The translations under genes and the position numbers were made by a program. This document shows positions 13,011 through 25,651 of a stretch of 64,000 bases of DNA, one piece after another (positions within the stretch are counted from its first letter, which is position 1; every line of letters begins with the position of its first letter). Location of the stretch: positions 124,001 through 188,000 of the forward strand of contig JALMLS010000423.1 in assembly GCA_038496445.1 (NCBI GenBank), read 5' to 3'. The notes beneath the pieces were generated by a model, which was not told the DNA's origin, made no database searches, and saw only the letters and a program-made list of their open reading frames with translations. The DNA comes from Trichosphaerium sp. ATCC 40318 (Eukaryota > Protista > Tubulinea).

Positions 13011-14070
13011 CCTATTTTACAATGACCGCTCAGTACTCTCTTTCCGATATACTACGCATGAGCATGTCTGGGGAGCTTTCTGAGGCACAAATAGCTGTTT
13101 GGCTTTCAAAACGCGCAAAGAAGGCCAATGTACCACTACGCTACCTTTCGCATGAAGCTGTAACAGAGTACGTTGCTTCGTAGCAATAAAGACGTTAAAA
13201 TGACATTTGAAGGTTTGAAAAGGAGGTAAAAGAAAGCGAAGAACTAAACAAAGCAATAGAGCCTGCAATAGAGATACTAGATAGCGAGAAAGGTAATACA
13301 AACGTTGAGCTGTAAAAAAGCTAACAATTGTTCTTCAGACCCGCCTGCGCCAAAATCACCTTTAATGAAGCGAAATATGGCGTCTAAACAGAGTACGGTT
13401 GATTTTCAACTTGTAGTTCTTTGAATGCTCACAAAGCGTTGCAGAACCGGTGAGAAAGCAAACACCTAGAAAAACGCCCAAGAAAACGCCAAAAAAGACA
13501 TCACCAAAGAAAGCATCTTATTCAATCTTGATGGCTTTCGAGAAAGCTCGCACAAAGCCTAAAACACCTGTAAAGAAACCAAAGAAACCAGTGAAGCAAA
13601 TAGAACCAGTTATAGATATAATAGACTCTTCTCAAGAGATCAGTATACCAGAAATTACACAACAAAGCCTTGGAGGTAGTTCTGACTCTAATTCGATTTT
13701 TGGTGATTCTGATGATTACGATGACTTGAGCGACTTTAAGAGTATTCCAGTAACAATGACGTCAACGCCATCAAGTGTTTTTAGTGACTTTGCATCTTTT
13801 GATACTACACCAAGGACAATTATAACTCAAAAGAAAACAATCAAAAAGCAAAAGAAGAAAAAACAATCTCCAATCAAAAAAAAAACTTTAAAGGCAAAAA
13901 GCAAGTCTCCTAAAAAAGTTTCTCGAGATAAACGTACTTCTAAAACTGGAAAAAAAAGAAAATCACGTGATGAAATCAAAAAGAAGAAATCTAATGATTT
14001 TCTTGTTGACTCAGATGATGAGTCAGACTTTCAAATTTTCGCAGCTAGGAAAAAAACAAGAAAGAAATAA
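13011..14070 (+). CDS. Lys/Ser-rich low-complexity, probably nuclear protein (5' end unresolved)
   Basis: Large terminal exon 13445-14070 with TPKK/SPKK motifs and basic tracts; upstream exons at about 13011-13168 and 13339-13391 with GTACGT/GTACGG donors. Confidence 0.55.
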
Positions 14071-14355
14071 AGCTAAGGCTGCAATGCCTGTTGTACATAA
14101 CAACTTATTACTTTAACAATCACCAAAAAGTAACCACTTCATCGAGCTCTACTGGCCACTACGGGAATAAATCCAAGAGGAGCTGAAACTGCGATCAAGC
14201 AGTACTGTTAATAAATCCAGTTACTTTAATTAGTGACCATTCGTTGGGAAATACTAGACCAGACCACATTAGGTACAAGCAGACACCATTTGCCAGAGTA
14301 ACCATTTTGTGTCAGTGATGCTATGTAGTGCGTGTTAAGCCACTAACTCCAGATA

Positions 14356-15183
14356 ATGGGAAACAGCAACAGAAAGCCCGCTCCTAAAGATCTAAGCGCT
14401 CTAGAAAACCTTCCTAATGAGCTCAGTACGCATTATATTGAGTACTTAGAGGATAAAGACAGACACAGTGCTGCAGCTAGCTGTAAGCACCTTAAACAGC
14501 TAATATACGAATACGTTGGGTATAAACGAGTAAATCTGAAGTACATTTCTTCAAATGACGTCGCAAAGTATAAAGGCTTCCTTCTTCGATCAGAGATAGA
14601 TGCTACAAGCGCAACAGATGAAGATTTGAAGATTTTAGTAGGCGCTAGACATGTAAATCTAAAAGGGAACAAGAAGGTCACTGACGAGGGCATAAGTCAC
14701 TTGAAGGGTGTTTATTCGATCAACCTTTGTAATACAAAGGTAACAAACAAAGGTGTCATTGCTCTAGCTGGTGCTCATACAGTAAACCTTAACGGATGTT
14801 ACCGTGTATCAGGTTTCGCTATAAAATCTCTTGCTGGAGCTCATATACTTCGCTTGAACAATACAGATATATCAGACGCTACAATAAAACAACTGGTTGG
14901 TGTGCACGTGATAGATCTTTGTCTTACGAGTGTTACAGACGAAGGTGTTGCTGCTCTTGCAAGCAGCGAGAATCTCAAATGTATTAATCTTCAGAAAACA
15001 AAAGTTACTGATGAAGGCATGAAGCACCTTTCAAACGTTCATACTGTTGACATTAGCTACACTGGTATAACAGATAAAGGCTTGGCATACCTCAAAGATG
15101 TTCACATTTTAGACTTGAGCGGATGTGAAGGAATTACTGAAGAAGGTAAAAAATTGTTAAACGCACAAAGCATATCAGGATAG
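14356..15183 (+). CDS. Intronless F-box/LRR protein with possible N-myristoylation
   Basis: MGNSNRK start; LENLPNEL F-box-like motif; LRRs VTDEG(I/V)xxLxGVHxIxL. Confidence 0.85.
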   Translation: MGNSNRKPAPKDLSALENLPNELSTHYIEYLEDKDRHSAAASCKHLKQLIYEYVGYKRVNLKYISSNDVAKYKGFLLRSEIDATSATDEDLKILVGARHVNLKGNKKVTDEGISHLKGVYSINLCNTKVTNKGVIALAGAHTVNLNGCYRVSGFAIKSLAGAHILRLNNTDISDATIKQLVGVHVIDLCLTSVTDEGVAALASSENLKCINLQKTKVTDEGMKHLSNVHTVDISYTGITDKGLAYLKDVHILDLSGCEGITEEGKKLLNAQSISG

Positions 15184-15498
15184 ATGTGCACATCGCTATC
15201 TCACATTGTAGAATAAACAGATTCTTTCACGACCCAAATAGAATTAACATATTACACATTTCAGGCGATAAATACCAAATTAACACTTTTATAAACAAGT
15301 CAAATAAACCCCTTAACAATTCTTGTTTTTTTGATAATTATCCAGAATCTCGGAGTACACTAAATGTACAAAGGTGCTGCACATACATGGCGAGCAAAGT
15401 AAACATGACATTATGTGAAACTCTGAAAATGGTAAAAAAATTTGTACAGTCAAGACCGGCCTCTAATTTTCATTGTACAATTCCGTACTACGCTCGAC

Positions 15499-18400
15499 AT
15501 GCCACACAGTACAATATGGGTTGCTATTATAGCTATAGCAGCTGTATTAGTTCTGTCTAGTAGTGTTAAACTGTCTCCGAAGGAGAAAAAGCTACGTGAC
15601 AAATTAGAAATACCGTTGGACGTCCAAAAAGTACGTAATAATACATAAAACCAATGTTTTAATCCGTTTTAGGTTTGTTTATTTGGCATGGCTGCCCACA
15701 TGGACTGGGATTGGTTAAACTGGTTTCCAACGCTTTTAACTGGTAAAAATCCGCCTGACGAAGCTGGACAATTCAGTTATGGTACAACAGACAGGATTTT
15801 ATGAATATTTAGCGTAAATCGCCTGTATTCACTTTTTTTACGCTATAATAGACCCAAACCAGAGTCCTCAGTTCGTACAACGCATTTTATCACTTGCTTC
15901 TTCTCTACTAGAAAAAGAGAGCTCGTACATCTACTCTGTTTGTGAGATGGGTTTTTTGAAAGGTTTTGCTGAAATAGAGCCAGAATTGTTCGACGCAATG
16001 AAAAAATCAGGTAGAATGCGTATTGTTGGTGGAGGCACGTGATCATCATTTTTAAATGTAGCTAAATTTTTTTTTTCTTTTCTTGTCGTTTTCGAATGAA
16101 ACTCGTTTTATTCACTTTTTCTTCAAGGTATAACGTCGCCTGGTATGTACAATGAACTTGGGGTAATTGATTAGGTAATGCTAACAACACCTTGATTTTT
16201 AGATAACTTGTTACCTCACGGTGAAGCTTTTATTCGCAATTTTTTGTTGGGTTTGGAGTTTCTTGATGAGAATAAAATAGAATGGACTCAAAAGGTATCC
16301 TGCATTAGTCGTTATATTTCTGATAATAATCTAGGTATGGCTTCCTGATAACTTCGGTCACGATTCTCAACTCCCAATTGTACTACAAGCCATGGTGAGC
16401 CAAGAACAATCATCGACCTGTGTATGTTTTAACTTTTTTTTTAAGGATGCTGAAGGTGTTGGTTTTGCGCGAGTTAGTGGTTCATGCCTTCAAGGTATAT
16501 TGATATTCCATTCGAAACAATGATGCAATTATGTGTATAGGGCCTGGAGCTGTAAAACCAGGGACAAGGACAGCGTTCGACCTCCTTCTTGATGAGAAAA
16601 CTGGAGGCGTTGATTTTTGGTGGGAAGCAACAGATGGTAACATGCCTCACTGTCATTTAACAAAATAACACAGATACCAGGCTCTAAAGTTTTCTCTCAC
16701 TTTCTAGAAGCCCATTACTCCCAAGGATGGAATATTGATGCTATTTCAAGAGCGTAAGATGACACGAAACACAAATATTTTCCGTTTAATTTTTTTTCAA
16801 AATAGATACAACAATGTCACAGAATTACGCTACTGTGATAATACATACCTAGCCACATCTCCAACTGAACAAATATCATCTTATTTAAGGGTTAATCAAC
16901 CAACAGCTGCTTCAAGTACCAGTTACGTTCATGTATCAAACGATTTCGCTCTTCCAAAGAAAGACTTATTAAAAGCACGTGTTTGGGAAACAAATTAACA
17001 TCAAGAGCCGTTCTCATCAATTTTTTAGTATTTGAGCGATTGGAATACCGCAAACAACGACTCAGATACTCATATTACTATGGCGAGCTTTTCAGAATAC
17101 GCTGATATGGTGGTCGCTGCAGATGAAAAACAACCTGGTAAGTCCAACTTATGTGTTTCCCTACAAATGCCTTTAATGACTTATGTTAGGTTTATTGAAA
17201 ACGAGAAGCCACCATGGTACCTCACCAACAACTTCATTCGTAGCAGCTCCATACTGGTACAACCAAAATCCTCAAAGAATCTACAACCTACAAAAGCAGC
17301 TAAACAATTTTTTTAGGATGGGTTTTTATGCATCTAGAATGCTCCTTAAATACTATCATTACGAAACATCACGTGCACTAATGACAGCTGAAATTTTTGA
17401 GCGTATCACGTGTAAAGTACAATCTGTATGCTACAGTGATGCGTTAGCTGAAGGGTGGAGCCAATTAATGCCTAGTACACATCACGATTGTACGTCCATT
17501 ACCTTCGCTCCTTAAACATCATAACATTGCCTTAACATTACCTTATTACAGATATAACTGGCACAGCTACTGATTGGGTATATAAAAGCAGTTACAAAGG
17601 AAAGGATGGAGAGCAGTTAGCACTTAGTAAAACAGCATACAACACGGCAAAATTAACACTAAAAAATGTGTTAAACTCTTTGAGTAACTCAATAAGAGCA
17701 ACAAAGGGTGATTTATTAGTATGTCCTTTTTTTTATTTCTTGTCTGTCTACAAACTAAGATTTACTCTTATTACAGGTATTCAATCCAAACGGAAATTTT
17801 AGTACTGGTATTGTTTCAATGTCAGGAGACTATCCTGGTGCTCCTAAACCGGATCAAATCGCTGCAAATGGCGATCGTTTAAACCTCGTTTCGAATGTTC
17901 CATCAATGGGGTGGAAGACACTTACCAGTACTCAGCCTACGTTTAGTGGTACACCAGTAAAAGCATATACCAAAGATGGCGCACAAGTCCTGGAGAATGA
18001 ACTTATGGTTGTTGTACTAAATCACACGTGCGCTTTTTAATTAACCGGGTTTTTTTTCGATGTTGGAGATATTTTACTCATTTGTGCTCATCTAGAACTA
18101 ACGGATATGGTATTATCTCTATCACTGATAAACATGATGGTAAAGAAGTATTGGGTGGACCATCTAACTTGATATCAACGTTTTCAGATGGTTTGTTTTT
18201 GATTTCTTTTCTTGTTCTTATTATTCAATTAGCTGGAAATATTTACGTGTACGGTTATGAAGGACAATGCAACCCAGAGTTCGCAAATCAGAAGTTAAAA
18301 AGCACTTTCTCGCATGCCTCTATTACTGAACAGGGGCCTATTCGCGCAACAGTATCTGCTAAGGTACACGCTTCCTTTTTCTGACATAAACTTCTAACAA

Positions 18401-19839
18401 TGTACCTAGCAATACCTCTTTTTCGCTTCAGGCACAGAAAGCAAACATGATCTAGAATTCAGTCTTGTTGCAGGCACGTGTTAATAACGTTATTACAACG
18501 TGTTTTTCTTATTTCTTTATAGGCGAACCTATCCTAAGAATATCTGTTTCTGGATCTGCTAATGCAGCTACAAGTGTGTTCGCAACTTTTAAGTTTGCCA
18601 ACACTACTTCGTTTATGGTTCGTATTACCTTGTTTTTTGAATGATGTTTAATCGCTTTATTCCTATAGGGACATGGTACACCACTTCATTGGGATATGAA
18701 AGAAGCTTGGCCATATGGCCAGGGAACATCATTCAACGCAGTGATGCATGCAACACATAACTATGTTGTTGCTTATGATAAAGAAAAAAAACCGCTCGGC
18801 GCAATTTATCACGGAGGAATACCTGCATGGGGAGTAAACGTAGTAGATGGTAACTTATATGGGTAAGTAGCTTTAAACCAAACCATAACAAGAGGACTAC
18901 TCTATTTATTCCTCAAGCAATGTCAAAGAGATTACAACGTAGTCCTACTAACTTTGTTTCTTGATAGAAACTTGATGAGAAATAATCCAAATAGTTACTG
19001 TGATGGAAAGGTAAGAGAAATGCCATTCTTGTATTTCTTAATCTAACAAACGAGTAAGGGTGCTAATGGTGGTGATTTTGATAACCACACGCTTACTTAT
19101 GCACTAAGAATTCCTTCTTCTTTGCCTTCAATGGGTACTTTGTAATAGAGGTAAACAACCTTGTAATTAACGAATATTTCTTCTTAGAGAGTGGACAGCT
19201 TCTTGTTGAATCTAAGTCTTACCACACTCCTTTGATTGGTCTTCATTCTAATGGATCTACTACATCAACTAAACTTCCAGAAGTGTTTTCTCTAGTGACT
19301 GTACGAATCTTAAGAGCGCCTTACACATCTTGCTCAACACTTTCGTTGGTTTTTATTTAACCAAACACAAGTATTTATGATATTAGAAAGGTGTCCATAA
19401 GACACACAAATTGTGGATTTCTTTGGTTTTTTTTTCAGGATTTCACGTGAATTAATATCCAATATTTAGGTTGAAAAACCTGCGATGGTTACAGCTGTTA
19501 AGGAAGGTTCGGATAAGTCCAAATCTATTCTTAGACTATACCAACCAACAAACAAACCTGTAAAGGTTCATGTTGATCTTAATCCATACTTATGGCCTTC
19601 AAAAACAACACAGGTACACCACAACTCTACTCCAATAATTCACGTGATTTTTTTCTGAAAAACAAAACTTTGATCAATTTCAACAGTTCTTTGCGCAGGC
19701 CCACTGCTTCCTATTTCTTATATTTTTGCAGGTTTACCTCGTATCAGCTGTTGAACGACCATTTAAAAACACAGGAGTACAAATTATAAATACTAATGTA
19801 ACCATGCAATACTCTCTTGCTACTTTGATGCTTGAGTAA
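15499..19839 (+). CDS. Secreted/lysosomal glycoside hydrolase family 38 alpha-mannosidase
   Basis: Signal peptide; AHMDWDWL, GRMRIVGGGITSPDNLLPHGE, WLPDNFGH, YWMGFYASR and HHD motifs after splicing; over 20 introns, three GC-AG. Confidence 0.9.
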
Positions 19840-20417
19840 AATCGAGTTTTAAATGACTTTAAAAATAAAAGGTCAACTACACTGGATAGAGTCTTCACTG
19901 CACAATAGAAAACAAATTAAAATGCTGTATCTGCATCATAGTTGTGTGTAATTATTCCGAAATATCAAAAATTAACGTCAGCAAGACGCTCTTAGAACAA
20001 GCTCATATAGAGCATATAAATTATATTGCCAGAATTTTGCCATGTATCTTGCGTTTGCTGTGCTTTCAACATGTGGTAATTTTTTTTTGATGTTTGCTGA
20101 CACTATTCAAGGAAACAATAATCCTTCTCACAACTATTCCTACAAAACGAGCAAACAAAGTGGAATGAGCTAATAATAACTCGATTGTTAACTAACACCT
20201 CACAAACGTCGTACTAAGTTTTTTTTTTTTGAGATTTATCACGTTTTTTGGGAGTTCACAAACTATCTCCGTTAATAAGATCTTTTTCATCAGCGGTTTG
20301 ATTTTTTTAAAACCTATTGTACTTACTACATAACGATACTATGGTAAAACACCGGTAGTTGTTTGGCTTGTGTAAACAAATTTATTTTCAAATGGTTTTG
20401 CGTTGATGCTCGAAGCG

Positions 20418-20784
20418 TTATACGTTTGCGAACATACGTTTACGCGCGGTAGCACTGGCTGCCCTATTAACAGGGACACAACAGTCAGTAATATCGCAAA
20501 CTGTGGTACCAGCTTCGCAAGCGTCACACCTATGAACGCATTGTTAGTTTACGTTAGGAGAAAGTACGTGTAGTGAATCTCTTGCTCAGATAACTCTGAT
20601 CATACGCACATGTTTGCATACACCACACCATCGCAACCACATACTTGTGCATCCGATGAAGGGCATGTGGGACATGTAGGCATGACACCACCGGAAACGT
20701 ATACTATAAACAAGGCCTTATGGTGTAAGTAAATACGTAAGGAGAAAAGATACGTACAAAGCAAAGTAATAGAAGTGTGTTCAT
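20418..20784 (-). CDS. Small secreted Kazal-like cysteine-rich peptide (about 81 aa)
   Basis: Three exons give MNTLLLLCFALFIVYVSGGVMPTCPTCPSSDAQVCGCDGVVYANMCDACEAGTTVCDITDCCVPVNRAASATARKRMFANV*; VCGxDGxxYxNxC is the Kazal motif. Confidence 0.75.
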
Positions 20785-20948
20785 GTTTATTATTTTGAGA
20801 TGTATTTGATTGGTCAATTGAAATCACGTGACAAAACGGGCTGAAACGTGATTTAACGGTACGGGGTTTTTTTCGTTTAAAACTCCTAACAAATGATTCT
20901 CTGTGTAACATGTGGTGATGCTCAATGATTTAAAACTATCGACTAAGT

Positions 20949-20972
20949 GGTTCGTGAGAGGCCGAGATATAG
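20949..20972 (-). promoter_or_regulatory. 24-bp element identical upstream of both Kazal-like genes
   Basis: CTATATCTCGGCCTCTCACGAACC is identical at 45001-45024, in the same orientation relative to the gene. Confidence 0.55.
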
Positions 20973-21073
20973 TGACCACTTGTAAGTTAATTAATCAGAC
21001 ATTACTGTCGGATAACGTTCAGCGAGTGATTTATTACGCTTATGGCGTAGTGGTTTAGATTCGTTTATTTGAC

Positions 21074-23267
21074 TTACAACACTTTAACATAGAAGTGTGG
21101 TTCTGTTTTGAACTTATTTACGCTTGCATATTCAACCTCCATTGAGTTTGGTACCTCCGTCTCTGTCCAAGAAAATTTCTGAACAAAACAAGAAAGTGCT
21201 TTATGCAAAATAATTTTTGCAATACGTTGTCCAGGACAACGTCTTACTCCCTGACTATAAATCTCATTCAATAAACGAAATATGCCAAGTAATTACATAC
21301 CCAAAAGGATTTATGTGTATCGGAGGATCATCCCATCTTGATGGATCAAACACTTTCGGATTCTTCCAAATCGTATCACTTAGGCATTCATATTGATGTA
21401 AAAGTTGGATTATTGCCTTTTCACAACAGTTAAGGTCAAAACTATATTGGTATACAACGCCGTACGCCTTTTGGTATTGTATACCCTCCAAGTTCAACTC
21501 TTTCTCTGGCTTTATGAGAGACCAACAGAGGTAGAATTGGTTGGAACCTGAATACCTCCAAAATGAACTTTCTGAGATACGGTACGTTTTGCAGCTCCTT
21601 TATGACCATTAGCTTTGAAATAATAATAAGTTATAATGTTACATACTTTTAATGGAGTTTCTTCAATGTCAATATCTTTGACGGCTTCTCTAAGCTTTGC
21701 TTGTACATCCGGATATTTAGCTAAAATAGTCACAGCACTATCAAAAAAAGCAAATTAAAAAAGTATCACAAGCAAAACAACGTCAATAAACCATGTGTTG
21801 CAGCCAAGAAAAAAAATAAAAATAAGAGTGTGAATAGGTTGCCCATACAACACGATCTAGTGTCAGCTGACAAGCCAGTAGTATGTAAAAGAAGAAAAAA
21901 ACAAGAAAAGTAAAGTCCTTGTACCTCTGAAGTGTATGTGCGGTAGTATCAAAACCTGCTCCTATTATTTCAGTCAACAGAGGAACAATTACTTCATTAG
22001 TCTTCTCCGGCAACTCTGAGAAAATAATATCCAACCAATGACGATTAACGCCCTGTTTGTAGGTTTTGCGCTGACCTTCTATAATGCTCATAAAAAGGTC
22101 ATCTCTTTTCTTTAAAATATCCATACAATACTTCACCTACACGTATTTAACAAATTGTTACTATACCCTGTACTAAGTCACTTACTCTTTGTCTCTCGAA
22201 CACAGCGAGAGGAGCATATAAATCCTCCAGAAAAGGCATAAATACGTCGTCAATTACTTTTGCCACAAGATGGAATACATTTGCAATGTCTTCGTTTGGA
22301 TGATTCCATCCTCTCTTATTTAGAACAAGTTTTGAAATAACATTGAATGTTAATGCGAATGATAAGTCCTTTCCTGTTACTTGTTCTTTGTTAGCTGCCT
22401 TTTTTGCTAACCTTTCCAACACGTCTTTAATTTCAAAGGCGATAATCGGTTTGATGTGCTAACATAGTTATTTCGAGGCCTTTTTGGGTTCTTTTGCGTA
22501 CTTTCATGCCTGACCCTGATACAAAGTGATTGCTGAACAGTTTTCTGTATGTTTTATGATACTCATTGTGATCAGAAAGCGCCACAGCTAAAGAGAGCTC
22601 AAAAAAATATCCACAATAAGTGAAAGGTACCTCCTTTGGGATCAAGTACATAGTTCATACGCAACGCCTTGAGTTCTTCCCTCGGTCTAAGCGGTCAATC
22701 AAGAAACGAACCCTTATTTGAACAAGTCCCGTACCTATCGGACATAACTGCACGGTGTTTAACACAGGCCTCCCTTATCAACTTTGGATCAGCGATAAAA
22801 ACCATCTACAACAGGTGTCAACTTGTTGGCACGTGATATGTAATGTTTATCATCTTACCGTATTTTTACCAAATTGCATACTGAATATACCTCCAAGGGT
22901 ATTTGTAAAAGCCATAGCAGTCCTTCAATACAAAAGAAGTGAGTACTGCGAACAAAAACAACAAAAGAAATCACATTGGCGCGTGCTACTAAAAAATTCT
23001 ACTTTATAGAAGCGTTTCTCATATCTACTCTTTTGCTTGCAAAGAAATTATCAACAAAAGTAATAGTTTTTGCTCAAGTGGCGGTTTTTTGACAACATAA
23101 ATCACGTACTTGACCATGTCCTTAGGGTTAGTCCATAAATGAGCGTGTCCAATTATTGGTAAGCTTATAGGACTTGGAGGAAGGTTCATAGCTTTGTTAC
23201 GTATATTCTTATATACAGTACATACAACGAACAAAACAATAGCTACAAGAGTGATGAGAAGCCACAT
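21074..23267 (-). CDS. Cytochrome P450
   Basis: N-terminal TM anchor, PPSPISLPIIGH, I-helix AGFDTT, EVFR (ExxR), FDPSRW, and heme motif PFG..GVRRCPG across exons. Confidence 0.93.
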
Positions 23268-23815
23268 GACAATGTATCTTTCTTGGACAAGCTACATTCT
23301 CGGTTATACTTTGTAATTCTGATATGTCAAACACGTACTGTTGTATGCTTTTACAGAGTCTTTCTACTGTATAGGTTACGTGGCCACTAACTTTCAGTGT
23401 GGAGACGAATGATAGATGCACCCAATTCTCAATCAATTGACATGTGAACCAATACGTTCACTCATATTTCTCTTCATAACAAGGTATGTCGATTAGCTAG
23501 CTCACGGATTATGAACATTCAAAATAGGCAGGGCAGATATATATGAGAAAATGGGAACGAGGAAACCCATCATTACCCGTGTCATTTTCTGTAACTTTTA
23601 ACTTTAGTATGTTCTTATTAAGTACTTTGTAAATAACAAAACGGTATGCATTTGATTTTATCGCACATGAAAGCTGACAAGACTGTCCATACCTGTGCTC
23701 GGACTTTCCATCCTAAACAACATGTTAGCACAAAAATATGGCGATAATATGAGCATAATACAAGATTAAGTAGCATGGGAATGTGTAAGCTAAAGGTGAC
23801 CTTTATGTGGGCTTT

Positions 23816-25198
23816 TTAGTTATACAAGGCAAAATACAAGTAATAAATATTCTGCAGAGGGTTATACATCATTTTATCACGTGATTTACGCATAAGAGAT
23901 ACGCTCTAAGGTTGGTTAGGACTCAAAAAAAAAAAAGAGGAGAACTAACCTCAAATATTCCGTAAACAAGAGTCCTCAACAGGCAAGCTGTAGTAATACC
24001 AGTACGTCCTCTTCCACCGTTACAATGAATCATTAGATATTCTCCATCCTTAATTCTACGGGCCAAGTCATCTGTTAAAGCAATCAGCTATCAATACAAC
24101 AGAACAACAAAAAAAAACAAAAAAACGAACTATTCTTCGTGCAAACAAATCCAGTTCTGTTATAACTGGTATTAATAGTTAGAATACGTACATATAAATA
24201 CTCTATAAGTATCAGCATGTACAGGTATCCACCTATCACGTATTGGGTAACGTATAAGTGTCAACCCAAGCTCTTTTGCGATAGCATCATATTCTTTCAT
24301 TTCCATCCATTCTTGCTCCCATTCTTCTAAAAGACATACTACTGTAGTAATCTGATACTTCTCCTTTGCGTGTCTATGTAATGATTAACATTTTTGTAAC
24401 TCTTAACAACAACATACAACAAATCCTGAGCGAGATCACGATACTGGTGGAGCTTTTTTCTACCAGGTGAATGACACATCCCTATTTTCCCTGAATACGC
24501 TAATGGGTCCAACCCCTCTACGAATTCAATTTCTAGAGGCTTATTCTGAGACGTTTCGTTATCCTATACCAGCGTATCAGCGTACTCAACATCACAGGAA
24601 ACAAATCGAAAAGTTTTCCAAAAAACAAGAAGCAAGAAATTTAATCGACCGTGTACCTCTTTGTTAGGATCACAAGGCTTTTTTGATAACATCACGGTAC
24701 CCATGAACCATGTAATAGTTAATCCGCCAGCAAGAACGAACGTCAAAGCAAAAATAAGGAAACTTCCCAAAATGATAAAGAACGACCCTTAACGACAATG
24801 TCAGGTATTATTAACGTAGTTCTACGCGAAAATAGACCATTTGATAATACCGTGGCTCGATAAAGAAGTTCTGATGGCAGTTTAAATTATAAGATTGTGT
24901 ACCTCCATATGCGAGTAGCTTATACAACGCAACGCCGTTTAGAGCAGGATTGGTCCATAATACTAATATTAGTTTTGGGTTTGGCCCAACCTTGTCTGTT
25001 AGAGCTAGTGGCAGGAATGTAGAAAGAAAAGACAGGATCATGGCGAGTAAGGCATGTTTCGTATGGATTGAAGCTTCACACTATTGAAAAATCGTTACAA
25101 ATCGTTTCTATTACTACCAACGTTACCTGGAACCAGTTGTACATGAAATAAGAGAATATTCCGATGACAGCACATACTGGAAGAGTACTTTTATGCAT
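23816..25198 (-). CDS. Membrane-anchored CX5R protein-tyrosine/dual-specificity phosphatase
   Basis: IHCNGGRGRTG active site at about 24010-24035; several hydrophobic N-terminal exons; last exon SVSLMRKSRDKMMYNPLQ. Confidence 0.75.
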
Positions 25199-25651
25199 AA
25201 CTCTGTATTACGGTTTAACGTAACGAGTACTGGCTAGAAAAGTGGTTTTTTGTCGTTTAAAATAGAATGTACTTGACTGGGTACATTTTTGATAAAACAA
25301 AAACTGAAACGGAGTGTCTCAGGCCTCTTGAGGTTAGTGCGATGTCTCTGCGCTGTATCTGATCTGAAATAACGAAAGAAAGTGCAAAATCATACACAAA
25401 AGGTCCAGTTTACAATTTAAAGGTATACAACCCTTACAATAAGAGCAATTCGCTTACATATATACGAAAAACGCCGTTTACACAAAAAATAAGAAAAATG
25501 ACCACCAAAAGCGTTAAAAACAAGTTTTAACACAAATTCGGGGTCTAAGGCGACGTCTTTTTACCTCCAATTTTAAAATCAGGGCCTTTTCTTTCAATTG
25601 GGAGCCGGGAATGAGACAATCCCGTCCCAAACAAAAAATGAGGAAGCGAGT

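Noticed and set aside
16295-16334. U12-type intron (GTATCC donor)
   Set aside because: Donor is GTATCCTG, not GTATCCTT, with no TCCTTAAC branch site.
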